Shown in pieces: positions 39,701 through 52,534 of a stretch of 64,000 nucleotides of DNA. Each line of letters begins with the position of its first letter. The first letter of the stretch is position 1. The DNA is from Chlorokybus atmophyticus (lineage: Eukaryota > Plantae > Mesostigma and Chlorokybus algae), in assembly GCA_009103225.1 (NCBI GenBank), contig RHPI01003642.1, positions 262,040-326,039 of the forward strand. Direction: 5' to 3'. A model generated the notes under the pieces. The model saw only the letters and a list, made by a program, of their open reading frames with translations. It did no database searches and was not told where the DNA came from. A program made the translations under genes and the position numbers.

Positions 39701-40595
39701 TTCCACAACAGAGACAAGACGTAGATCGATTTGTGGTTCTTCATGCTTCTCCGCCGCTTTGATGCGCTGTGCGATGTACTCATCTATGCACTTTGCAACT
39801 AGCGTCTGGATGTACTCCGAGTTTTCATTCACGTCAAACAGCGGGCCAGCGCCAAGAGCATATGTCAACGAGTCGTCTAGCTCGCCGAGATGGTAAAATA
39901 CCTGCGTAAAGCGGTTCTCTGCATTGAGTGCATACCCTTACCCTCTTCCCACAAACCATTTCCCCTACACAGCAAGTCATACCTTGGATGCCAGCAAGGC
40001 AGCCAGTGCACGGTCCTTGAAATCCTCATCCTCATACAAACTTTCTCTGCAACGCAATCCCATTACCAAGCAGCGTCATGTGCGTGCAAGCCGCGTCATG
40101 TGGTACCACAGGTATGCTGGCGATAACCACATACCATAAACACATGCATGACACAAGCTGTACATTCAATTGTGCACATGCTGACAGACGACGTGACGGA
40201 CAGAGCATGAACATCGCCAAGTTCTGTGTTCATACTGGCGGCGCTCCCGCAAAGGACTTGCATGTGACGTTTTGGCAGATCAGTGACAAGTGAAGTATTG
40301 CTCTCGACCATCACTACCGCACTCTGCAGCATGCGAAAAGCACACAGTTGTCACGAATACAGCTAATTGACCTGATACACAACCACTATGTAACCCTAAC
40401 AAATGAAACTGACGCTATCCCGGCTGCAAAAACCAAGGGTAAAACAGACGCTTACATGGAGGATATGTTGGCTGAGATTTCAGCCCAAAATTGATCCACA
40501 ACTTGATTGAGGTTCTTCAAGGCATACACTTTGAGCGCATCCTGATCCTCCTCAAGCAGCGCGAGCAGGCCCGCGGCGCTTGTCACCACCGTCAT
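36767..40595 (-). CDS. RPN2: 26S proteasome regulatory subunit RPN2/PSMD1, multi-exon
   Basis: [27 protein letters not shown]; [21 protein letters not shown]; [21 protein letters not shown]; [19 protein letters not shown]; FWYWYPL; [10 protein letters not shown]. Confidence 0.98.
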
Positions 40596-41256
40596 CGCTG
40601 CCGACTGCTGGCACACTTCAGTCCCCTTCCAGTATTATTCTACTCTAAGCTTGCCTCATGCTGCGCGTCCAGCAGATGACTGCGCAACGAGAATTCACTC
40701 AGACCTGAGCAGAACAATAATAGCCACCGAGCTCTATGACGTCCGCCTCCTCCTTGTCCTCCTCGCCGCCGCCACCGGCAGCAATACCTTAACGCTCAGA
40801 AGGTTGTTACTTACGCCAGCACTGGACTCAGTAGTTCACCGTTCGCATGGACGGCCCGCGTTGCCCCAAGATCGGTCGACAGCAGCTGCCGACCGTCCGA
40901 TGGCTAGCCAGCAAGTGATTCAGCTCTAGTGAATCATTCCGAGTGATTCATGCACGGGCTTCAATTCACTGCCGGATCAGGGTTAGGGTTTTTGGGGGCT
41001 TGGCGAACATGTTAGCGTAGCTCTTGGCGTTCATGGCGCTCATGTAAGCGCCGGCTGCGGGCGCATTGACCGAGCTACACACCATTTACAGAGTTGTCTT
41101 GATGAATGCTCAAAAGGTACATACCTATTCTTGTTCTCCTACTCACCATGGCATGCGGCAACCGTGCAACGGCTCTCTAGTCTCTTGCCTCATTCTGTGT
41201 TGCTGCCTGCTTGCATGACGTCTCGCGTATGGTTGCTTAAGTATACTTCAATCTAG

Positions 41257-44200
41257 GCTGCGCTGAGGAGGTTGGCTGCTGCAGCGCCGAGGGATTTGTG
41301 CACAGAAGCTGTGCAGGCTGGACCGCTGTACCGGGAGTGCAATGAGGCAGGCCTGTTCCGTTCCGAGCATGCAGAGTGCACAGAGCCTAGCGAGAGACGC
41401 TTGCAGCAGTTCTTTGATGCTGCACTTGACTCTGGACTGTCGTCACTCGTGGCCCACTGTAAGCATACTACAATGCATGTGAGTGTGCACGAGCTTGTCA
41501 TGCAAGTCGCATTGCAGTATGCCCCTTGGCTCCACTTCCATGACGACAACTGAATGCAAGGGCTGCATGGCTTTCACCTGGTAGTATAAACACGTGTACA
41601 ATCAGATGTGGACGAGGTGTGCTTGGACCCAAGGGTGTCTTCGAGCAACCCTGTTGAAGCAAGGTTGTTAGATGGCGGAGTGGTACACAGCTGGGCAGCA
41701 GGAACCTTTGCTGAATCGCATCAAACCATCGAGAGGCTGTGTATCCGCTATGCATGCAGCATGCAATCGTTTTTTTGGCTGGTACCGTGGTAATGAATAG
41801 TGACCTTCCACTGGTTGAGCGTTACATCCTTGACTTGCAAAACAGCTACCCAGGGTACAGCCGAGGTGGTGCGCAGTGCAGATGTGTTACAACAGACTGC
41901 GGAGAGGACACGAGGGCTTAGCAACGTTTTGGCAATGCTGCAAGTTCCATCTAAGTCCGCACAAGGCATGGCCAGCCCAAAGCAACTTTATGACGACGCT
42001 CAGCGCACAGCTCAGGTGCTGCGCGAATGGCTTGTATACCCTGACAATCTCTTTCCAGCTACAAGCGTTGAATATGCTGGCAGCACCAACACTGATTGTT
42101 TGAATAGTACATGGCAGTGTTGCGATGGTGTACACGCCATCATGCTCACCTACACGACAAGCTGGTTGCGAACGAGTGGCTATCAAGTAGACTACGTATA
42201 CAAGGAGAGGCCCTTTTTATTGAGGATGCATTGCATATGGAAAACATCTGGGACCCTTCAACGGCTCCTATAGCATCTGTGTTTCCACCACGCAATTGGG
42301 TGGCTGCAGCCAGAGCAATTTACCTCCAAGGATCTCCTGATGTTGCGACATTCAAGCACGGCATTGTATCCACTACAATGCATGATTGCAAGTGTTGTGA
42401 TCATCTGGCAGCAGACATAAGTGTTGACCTCTTTGATGCTTTCCCTTGACACTGTGGTGAACAGTTTGTGTACTACCTGTTTGCACTTGAGCTGGCAAGT
42501 TGTGGCAAAGCAAGCATCGTGGAAGACTTTGCGCGCAGCTTCCATGTGTCACAACAGGCATTCATGGAGTGTTACGTTTACTACCTCCTGGATGACAGCG
42601 CGCCTGAGTCTTTTGAGGTAGCTGTGTGTTGCCTGTGTCGCACGGGTGTGGTGTGCATGGGTTTTATTCTTTTCTTGCACTGTGCAGCTTGCATGCCAAC
42701 TGCTGCGCGTCACGGTGCATGCTGGCACGGCCTACAAGGTGGCCTGGGCGGTTCTGCAGAGAGGCGCTGCAGATGTGGCATTGACCATCCTGCAGGCACG
42801 AGCAGACGCAGACCATGTAACCCCTATCAGCAGACTCGACGCAGGTGAGGTGTGTGCCGCTTCATGTTTGGCGTGTATGGTAGGCTGACAGCTGCGCCTT
42901 TGCAGAGATGGCGCTCAGGGTGCGCTTAGGTTGTGGTTTGCTGGGGGAAGCTGTCTTGCAGCTGCGATCCTACTGGCGTAGCCTGCCTCAAGCTGAACAG
43001 ATTGATGCGGTACAGTCATTGACACGCCAGCTCTGCAACCACTGCCTACAGCATGGCACAATGCCAGTGCTATTGGCGCTGCCATTGGAGCTGGAGGAGG
43101 AATCCGCACTTTGTCATTGCTTGAAAAGCGAGTCTGTTGTTGGCCCTTTGACACATGCAGCAGACTACCTCGTTGGCTTTTACCTACAGGTATGTCTGCC
43201 GTCCTACCGTGCTACTATGTGCCGGTCTTGATGCATGTGTGACAGCTAATCCTCGCAGCGCGGACGCTATGTCGAAGCAGCGGCGGAACACGCTGACCTC
43301 ATAAGGCTGCAGCAGTCACCTGAAGGCTTAGCAGCTGTATCCAGGGGCAGCCAGCAGCAGCAGCAACGGCTCGCTGTCAGTGCACAACAGCGACAAGACA
43401 TCCTCGTAAGTCCTCTTTGCATGCCGTCTGGCTAGCAGATGGTGGTTATTTGCATATGGGTTTACGAGCCATGGTCACGCTACTTCTGACTTGCTGCGGG
43501 GCTTCATGCAGCTAAAACGCTCATTGATACACACAATGTGCCCGCAGGCAGCAAGCGTGTTGATGCTGCCCTCTGTACAGCAAGCGTTGGTCGTTGGCCG
43601 GTCTCAATCGGCAGGATCTCCTGTAGTACAGTTGTCTGAGATCAATCCTGATTACACACCTCCCGCTGCTCAGCTTGTCCAAAGCAAGCCGACCTTCATG
43701 CTTGAGACAAGAGCACAAGGCGACGACCCACCTCCCTTGTATACAACACCGCAATCAAACCGCAAAACTAGGCGATTTGTGGACTCTGCCGCCGCAGAAC
43801 CCACAAGCGCTGCACGGCAGCTTGCTAGCCCTATCTTCACAAATAGCCAAGCTGATATGCAGGCAGAGTCAATATCCCAAGACTCAGCACCAAGAACACA
43901 AGAGGCTGCACAGACTACTGGGCAGTTGTTTGCTATGTCCCCTTTGGCCACTGCCGCAAAATCAAGTCGTGTGTCTGTTGTACGCAATCTCCAAAACGAT
44001 GCAGCCAGGCGATTGCAAAGTCCTCCTCCAGCAGCAACGGCTTATCGACAAATCAGGTCGTACGATACCCGAGTTGGGCGCTCATTGCTGTTTGAGGAAG
44101 AGGCGAGGCAGCGGGCGAACTCACCACTGCCACCGAAACCGTTCTCTCCAGCACCGCAACCGGCTGGCCTTGCATTAGTTTCTGCACGTGTGCAACGCAT

Positions 44201-44603
44201 TGCACCATCCACTGATGCGCGCACCATGCAGGAGGCAAGGTGCGACACACACAGATGTCTGGTTATCCAGTGTTGGCCTCATCGCATGCAAGTTATGTCT
44301 TGGTTTTAACAATGCTGTGTGATCAGGCCTGCACGCGAGTCCCCTGTTCGTGCGTCTTGGCGGCGACAGCACACTCCGCATGGGACCTCTCCTCAGCAAA
44401 CTCCTGTGCGCTTGCCATCACCTCCTCAATTTCAAGGGTACAGCAGCTACCGCAGTGCGGGTGCCAGGAGTGCCATGCGTCAGGAGGCTGGCATGCCAGA
44501 AGGTCTACAGGATCAGGCTGCTGGACCCAACGACCTGCCAGGCGTTTCATCAGCCTTCAAACGTGCCAGAATGTCCGCTGCTGGTGTAATGTCTCGAAGG
44601 TAG
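41257..44603 (+). CDS. HOS1: HOS1/ELYS-like nucleoporin lacking the N-terminal RING; start codon unresolved
   Basis: AALRRLAAAAPRDLCTEA..LYRECNEAGL..RLQQFFDAALDSGLSSLVAH|..DEVCLDPRVSSSNPVEARLLDGGVVHSW matches the plant HOS1 N-terminal blocks as recalled. ELYS-type region FARSFHVSQQAFMECYVYYLLDD. Long S/P/T-rich C-terminus ending KRARM...SRR*. Confidence 0.75.
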
Positions 44604-45267
44604 CATTTGCACTGCTGCGTGTCCTGGACAGCCGCACGATATTTACTGTACAGCAAGCTGTCCACTCGTAGTAGTGTGCTGGGTAACAACTATCTTTCAG
44701 TTGCGACAATGAGCTGTTCCTGTGACAGTTTGCTGTAAACATCCTTTTGCCTTGTAAAGTGACACTTAGACGCCATCATAATCACATGCAACACAGTGCC
44801 CGTCTGGTCACATAGACCTGAGATCCTTGTGTAGTGTTTTGTGCAACAAACACAGATGACAATCCTCCTGAGACACACGACATCGAAGAGTGTGCAGGCA
44901 AGTATACGGATGGTAACACATTGACAGCAGGTGTGCAGTTGTGAGAAACAGATGTGGGCGCGCAAAGTAGCGCTTATTGAAAGACAAATGGTCCTTCCAC
45001 TGGCATCGCCAGCAGGCTTAGGGCGTGCAATCTAGCCTCTCTAAAGCTACAACTCGCATTGTTCCAGTCCCCAGCAACCTGCCGCCACTCAATTGGGCAG
45101 GAACACTTGCTGGAGCTCTAATACAAATGAGCACTTGGTTGTGCAGCGCTGAGCAGCACTGGTGAACATGCTCAGGTTGTGGCTGTGGCTGTGCGCATGG
45201 CTGAGAGCGCTGCACAGCATTTCTGTGCACAATGAGTCTAACCCTATATGTCCCCCTGTCAACCCCC

Positions 45268-46615
45268 CTATCTCCTGTAGTTGACCAGGGCTTCCCGCAC
45301 GTCCTCGGCATCCTGAACCTCCATCAGGTAAGGGATCATGTCCAACAGCTCCTGGTCATTCGGGTCATCAATGAATGACCCAATGGGGATTGCATTCTCC
45401 GGGTGGAAGGCGTAGCTGTGTGGTGAGTTGTCGATGATGATCGACTGTGCAACAGAGGTTGGCAGTGTCAGCTATATTTCTGGTTTGCCATGGTCACAGC
45501 TTGCTGTAAGTAGACCCCTACCTGTGACAGCTCCCTCCCAATCAGAGACAGGTCCTTGATGTAGTTTCCTTCATGATACGTGCAGTCTTCCCTGAACAAG
45601 CGGTGCCGTACCACTCCGGCCGTGTCCAGCAGATCCAGCAAGGGGTTTGCATACCTGTATTGCCACAGCTTAGGCCACTTGGTTTACAAGAAGTAAACCA
45701 ACGCTGCAAGGAGGTTGCAGTAACACCAACGCTTACTTGGCAAGAGATGCGGTGTACACAACGACCTCATAGCGATCGCCGACAGCACGCATGAAGTCGT
45801 CAACCCAGGGCCTCTTGAGCACATATCTGCCAGCCCAGAAGGTGTGAGTTCAGCTTAATGTTGACATGCGATAGTGCGTGCCGCTCAGAGGTAAGGCAAG
45901 GTGCACTTACACATCAGTGATTTTGCCATCAATCTCAACGGGGATAATGTAGTCTGCGTTCTGAACGGGCTTGAAGCTGGAGTGCACGAGCGTTTCGTCC
46001 AAGTCCAGGACCAGAGTCTTCTTGCCCTCATCCTGTGCAAAGAGAGAGAGAGACTCAGTTGGAGACACGCCAGCAACAGGTTGGTAAAAGGGTGAGAGCT
46101 CCAGTGGGTTGACCGACAGTAACTTTATCCACGCACCTCTGGTACCAGTGCGGGCATGACAGGGATGATTGCCGGGCGCTTAGCGCCGTAGGCAAGGTCG
46201 CTTCTCCTCGGCAGCGGCGGCTTCTGCAGCGACATGTAGGACTCAGCATACACCTGGAAAGGGAGGAACATAAGACAGAAGAAGCCTACGTCAGGACTGG
46301 TGCGGTAAGCCAATCCAAGGCAGAGGAAAGAGTTTACGTTGAAAGTCAAACCTGTTCCTGGGGTCGTACACAGCACAAGAGGGACTGCACCACTCCTGCG
46401 GGCTTGCGCAGGGCAGGGTTTTTCAGACCCGCCATCTGGCGTGAGGCCATCACGTTGCCCATATATTGCGTGATGACACTCTCGCCGCCACCTCCCCCGC
46501 TGGTGTTTGGCGTGGGCGGCCCGCTGCTGCTGGTGTGGTTGTTAATGCTGTCTTTGCTGTTGCTCAGGTCTTTGTTGCTGTTGTTGCTGGCTGCCTTGGC
46601 TGCCTTGCCCGCCAT
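45268..46615 (-). CDS. CTD small phosphatase (SCP1/CTDSP, NIF/HAD family), multi-exon
   Basis: [19 protein letters not shown] (DxDxT motif); [11 protein letters not shown]; [22 protein letters not shown]; [26 protein letters not shown]. Confidence 0.95.
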
Positions 46616-46635
46616 GGCTGCTGTGAATGAGCCCT

Positions 46636-46666
<31 letters not shown>

Positions 46667-47857
46667 TCTTTCTCCCAAGACAGCTACACTACAAGGTGTG
46701 TACCCCAACCCCTGCAGTCAATCTGTCACTCTGCCACCAGGTGCTTCGCCCTCCAGAACCTTACACGCATCTGCGTCCCCAGACAGCCATGTATGCAGAG
46801 AAACTTGGCAATGCAGAGGGAGACACACACACACTCTGGCTCTCAGACCACCCAAGCAGCTCGCACTAGGTCTCCCACCGAGCAGTTCCCCTCAATCCTG
46901 GCACCCTTGCTCTAGCCACCACCCGCAGCAGACTCCTTCAAGGTTTGCCCTGAGCCTCAACGCAATACCAACACAACCACCGCTCCGCCGCTTGCTACCC
47001 TCTAAACTCACTCACACGCTGCTGCTGCTGCTGCTTGCACACACACTGCTGTTGCTGCTGCTGCCGCCTTGCTCTTGAGGATGAGAGACGAGGAGACTTG
47101 AACGCATCATAAAAGTCGGGTCAGCTCTGCTCAACGTTCCAACGTTGCATGCCGGCGCCGGTCCCCGTTTTTGCCGGTCAAGCAGGGCAAAACGCCCGGT
47201 CAATAGGTCAGCCACGATGACCGCATGTCGGTATGATGGTGGTGAGGCGTCCGGATCTCGCCGGCCGGAAGGTCACAGCGGTTTTCCCGCGCTTCCGTCG
47301 CGTGCCGCACGCGCGTCCGTGACGGCCGTCTGATCTCAGCGAACGGTCGGACGGGTCGTAAGCCTCACGTGCGCGGCAGTCTACGAGTCTTCGTCGCATG
47401 CCGCCGACATCAGCTATCAGTGATATCAGGGCAATCGTCCGCTAGATTTTGCTTGTATGCTTGTGCGTTGAGCACAGGCTGTGCCCTGTTTGGCACTTGC
47501 TGCGAGGGCAACATGGTGTTTGTGTAGGGAGGGAAATGTGCAAGGGTTTGGTTCATGGCGGGTAGCTGCGGCGGAGGCGGCGGTGGCGTTCGCGAAGTTG
47601 AAGGAGGGTTTGTCAGCTTCAGCGTGCTGGCCACCTGGTAGCATGCATTGATAGGTGAGCAAGGCTGTGTAAGCTCAGTGTTCAAGGCGGCAGACTGCCA
47701 GTTTTACTGTCTGCATTGCGCCGTCGGAGTCACTGCATGCTCAGCTCGGCGGTTGAGTCGTGGGATGACTGCTGTATGACTGCTTTCAGATTTTCAAAGG
47801 GCTGCAAAAAACGAACACAACTGGTGTCAATAGCATTGCAGCCGCTTGTGCTGCAAG

Positions 47858-50362
47858 ATGTGGCACGCAGCCAGGCGCAATGAGAGGGAGCTGCACGCCA
47901 TGATGGATGAGGCCAAGAAGAGAGCAGAACGCAGGGCTGCATTTTTTGCGTCGAGGCAGCTCGACCCGCAGCAGACACTGCGCATTGTCGGCACCCCGTG
48001 CGTCATACAGCACAGCGCCGTCCAGTACCATGCTATTGAGTCGGAGCATACGCTGTGAGTTGGCATGTGTTGACATGGTAGTTTTTCTCTTGACATACTG
48101 CATGCAAATGCTTCATCCAAGCGATTGTTTGTCTCTGTCCTTTCCTACAGCATTCCATGGAATGGCAAGGAAGACACCAAGATTGACCGGTTTGATGGTC
48201 GCGCATTGCTGGACTTCATCCGTGAGTACGACAGGAAGCTCCGACCTCCTCGCCAGAAGACCGAGGAAGAGGAGGAATTAGAGGAGAACTTGAACTTTGA
48301 GAGATATCGCGATCTCGTGCGCTACAAGGCCAAAGGATGTAAGTGTGCATGCGCACAGGTTCTTTCTGTCAAATTGTGTCCAGAACCGTCCTTGCATATT
48401 CTCATCATGACAACTGTTCGGTTGCAATCTTTGCAGCAAGTGTTTGCATCGCCGAGATGTTGATTTGCTGTGTGCAGTCTCGGATCAGCAAGGCCTTGCA
48501 GATGTTGACAACATACTTGAAGAGCGCGCTGCTGCCATTGCAGACAGAAGGTACGTTCTGCATCACTGCTACTTACAATTACTTCACAACACTTGACCCA
48601 CCCACCCGCTCGCGCCCCCGATCAGTAGCCATCCTTTACACACGCATGCGCTCGTGTAAATCATGACATCGTGCATCCATAGGAAACAGTACGTCTGGTT
48701 CAAGAGTGCGTCACGCACATGCCCTTCACATACCGTTGGCAACCAGTTTGCCTATTGTGTGCGTGATCTCACATTTCAATTTAACAGTGCCTCGCGTGCC
48801 GAGACACAGAAACCTGCGGCTGCTCCTGGCCAGTACTCTTCGGTGGGCTTCTCATATGACAGTGGACCACCGGCGTCCAGCGACAGCAGCGATGAGTCGG
48901 AGGCCAGCAGTGTGGAGAGCGACCAGGAGGACAAGCTCGATCATGCCGGCCAAGAGTACAACATCGAGCGGTTCTCATCGTTCATACGCAAAGAACGCAG
49001 GGAGAAGGCTGCAGAGGCCGCTAGAAAAGCTGCGAATGGGCCAGACACTCCAGGAGGAGTACGTGCCCTCGCACCCATACATCTCTCCTTCCCAACCATT
49101 CAAAGATAGCAATGCATGCTGACCAGCAACATGGTGCTGCAGAAAAAGCTTAATCGCAAGGAGCGAAGGAAGTTGCTTAAGACCGAGAAAGAGGACACCT
49201 GGACACCAGGCAGATCCGTGCGAGACCCATATCGGTGGGCATATAATTGCAGTCTGGTTCCATTGGTCCGTTGCTTAAGACTTCATTGACATGAGCTGCA
49301 TGCCAACAGTGATGGCCGCCCAAACTCAAGTGGCTATGCAGTCAGACACAGGTATGCATTGGTATGCATCGGGATGTATGAACTTTTTGTACAGCAGGGT
49401 CGCACACTTGATGCTAGGCTGAGACTGAGTTATGCCCCCAGGTCACGCTCACGATCTCGGTCCCCACGCCGGCGGTGGAGTCCCGAGAGGTGAGGCTGGT
49501 TGTCATCAGAGCATTGCAGGAGGCACCTTAAGTCTATGATGGTCGATTGATGTTCCAAAACAGCGCAGCCATGTCTTGCTATCCATGCATTCCGCACCAC
49601 AGGCACAGAGCAGAAACAAGCGCTTTGCGTGAAGATGCAACCACGCCAGAGGCATCAAAATCAAAACTGCAGGCTGCAAAGTAAGCTTGAGTCCTTCAGC
49701 GCAACAGACAGTGTATTATGTCTGGGGCTGTGATTGCAGCACATGAAGTTTGGTTATGCAGGGGTGCTTTCAAGGGTGCTGCGAAGACAGACAAACCTGA
49801 GACACCTGCAGAGCGGTTGAAACGCATCATGAGCAAGCAACTGAACAAGGCTATCAAGAAGAGTTCAGCAGAAGAGGAGAAGAAGCGCAGGGAGCAGGAA
49901 CGTGAGAAGGAAGAGAAGCAGGCGGCAATACGTGCTGCGCAAGCTGCAGCAAGGCGCGCGTTGGGGTCTCCCTCTCCCTCCAGGTCACGGTCCAGGTCAT
50001 GGTCTCCTTCACGACGCAGATCGAGGAGCCGTTCACCTTCTCCCGCTCGCCATCACCGATCATACCGCTCCAGACATAGCCGCAGCCGCAGCCGATCCCC
50101 CCCACGGTGTGGTAGATGTGATGCTAGCAGAGCCATCCCTGTTGCTCTCGACCCAACCACACCAGCTGTCTCATCTGCACCTCCTGAGTTTCACAGCTGC
50201 TGTGTTGCTCACAGCATTGCCGTCTTGTGCATCATTGGCATTTCTTTTATGTCTGTTCATTACCCCTTGCGCTGCCGTTGGGGAGATGTGGCCAGTATGG
50301 CTCATTGTTGCTCATCGTAATGCCATGCATCACTCACTGGTTGTTTACGCAGAAGGCGGTGA
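47858..50362 (+). CDS. CLASRP: CLK4-associating SR-rich protein (CLASRP/SFRS16, SWAP domain), multi-exon; 3' end tentative
   Basis: MWHAARRNERELHAMMDEAKKRAERR; IPWNG...IDRFDGRALLDFI; LNFERYRDLV; PAERLKRIMSKQLNKAIKK; RS-rich tail. Confidence 0.88.
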
Positions 50363-50643
50363 CGGCGCTCGCACTGTGCAGGGTGGGTTTGTTGTGGCAG
50401 GTTCGATGGTTACAATTGTTAATAAGTGGTGGGTGGCTACCAGTGGACACAATTGGACATCGACAGCTGTTGATGTTTTTGGTGAGGCTGTGTCCTAGGC
50501 AGTGCACATAACTGTGCAAAAGGAGTATGCTACTATTCTGCCTGCTATCACATGGGTGTGACAGTCACATATCACATGTACTGTACATGCAGCAACAAAC
50601 GACAACAGCATGTACCTTTTGTAAACACACGCTCAACACACCT

Positions 50644-51340
50644 AGCTACCTACGTTGTATAGGTAGCCCGGTGGTGAAATAAGTTGCTGCCATGGTGGAC
50701 TGTGACTGTGCTGGTGTATGTTGCATGGGCCATGCAATGGTGAGTCACATGCACAGCATTCCAAATTTTCTACACCAACACAACCCCAACCCCACCACCC
50801 AACCCCACCACCGACACCTAACCGTCAGCAGTGGCACTGCGCAACGCAGGGCTGACAGTGCTGGCAGTCACCCTGCATGCGTGTGCCAGAGGGAGACAGG
50901 GCAGAGGGGCGGGGCAGAGGGGCCCTGCCACATCAGCAGCGCCAAGGGTTGCGAGTCGCAGCGACTGCGGCCGAAGAGAAGAGAAGGAGGAGCGGAGGGA
51001 GAGAGAGGCGAAGGAGGGAGAGGAGCAGGAGGGGGAGGAAGACAGAGAGGGAGACAGAGGGGAAGGAGGAAGGTATGCTATGCAAATACAACTTTCATAA
51101 CAAGCACGCCAAGTAGGCAAACAAATGCATGTCGCGGGGTAGGTAAGATAGTAGTGGTGTGCTAGTGAAGGATATAATGTGCATAAACCCGGTGGTTGTA
51201 CACTAGCAGTGCAGATAGTATGCAATGCTGTGCATGTGGCTCACCATTGCACGGCCCATGCAACATACGCCAGCACAAGCACAGTCAAACATGGCAGCAA
51301 CTTATTTCATCACCGGGCTGCCTACACAACCTAGGTAGCT
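50644..51340. repeat. 117-bp imperfect inverted repeat (50644-50760 / 51224-51340) around a GA-rich core; MITE/fold-back-like
   Basis: Reverse complement of the left arm (AATGCTGTGCATGTGACTCACCATTGCATGG...CATGGCAGCAACTTATTTCACCACCGGGCTACC...GGTAGCT) matches the right arm at roughly 90% by eye. No TSD recognised. Confidence 0.8.
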
Positions 51341-52534
51341 TCGCTATTGCCCTTACCCCGTTAGTCAACATGCATGCATCATCACCTGCGACACCGCCAG
51401 TAGCATCAGCCTTGCACCAACGGATGTCAATGATCACCACGACCAGCAGACCAGACTCCCCCCGCCACCGCTCTCCCACACCGCCACCTCCGCCAGTACT
51501 GCTGCTGCGGCTGCCGGCTGCATGCTTAGGGTTTCGTCAGTCGTACCACTCACACGCACGGTGGCATGCACGGCTCACACTCCCTGCGTGGATGCGTTCA
51601 TGTGTCCCTGACTGGTAGTGATCATGTGTATAATATAGTATGCAAGGATTGTGGCATGCATGAGAATGTAGCAAACATGCATGCAGTCCGCACACTACAC
51701 CATCGCACTTTATAATCACCACCGGGATGTCCAAGTTCACTACTTATCTACCTTCACTACTGCCCATACCCCGTGCAACACACATGCATGCACGTGTTAT
51801 TACCTGTACAACACGACCAGGGCAGCGTTAACAACGGTAGTCAGCAGATGTTGCGGTGCAGCAGTAGCAATGCAGTAAGCAGCCAGCCCATGAGTTCCTT
51901 TCCCCTCCCTCTTGCATAGCCACAGGCACCCTTGGAGTACGTTATTTCTTTTTTTCCGGCTGAAGACCATACGTCGCAAATTTTACACGGTGACTGACTA
52001 AGGACTGAGGGACTGACTGGTGCCTGAGCCTGCCTGAGCCTGCCTGTTGCTGCCTGAAATATTACTTTTGGACTGTTGGGTTTGCCGTTGGCTTAAGTGG
52101 ACTGACACAGACGGCCGCGGGCCGAAAGTGGTTGTCAGTGGCACTAACCGGCCGAGAGTTGTCAACCAGTTACCCTTTGGTCGATGTGCACAGACGGCCA
52201 TTGACCGGTAGTTACGGACAGCTGACAGCAATAGCCGGCAGTTTCTTTGCCGTTACACTGCTGTTATTATGTGACCCTTGCCGTTTGACAAAAGTTGGCA
52301 ATTCTTGCCGTAAGCCAACACTAACATGCCATGCAGCTTGTACAAACCTTGGACTGATTGTTTGGTCTTGCACCCAAAAGCCCACAATTTATACAATGTA
52401 CGGGCAGTGGTGAGAGTATGTCCACTTACAACTGAGCAGCCGACTTGCGCATGAAACTATCCTATAACATTGAGTCTAGCTGTCGGACTCATGCGCAGCT
52501 TGTCAACCCGTGGTGCCTGCCTCAGAACTCCTCC

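Noticed and set aside
3762-40595. Apparent clustering of ubiquitin-proteasome genes (E2, F-box/PI31-domain, RPN2)
   Set aside because: These families are abundant in eukaryotic genomes and are interleaved with unrelated genes, so there is no evidence of a functional cluster.
50818-51225. Overlapping E/R/G- or S/P-rich ORFs
   Set aside because: Products of the GA-rich low-complexity core of the inverted repeat, with no recognisable domain.
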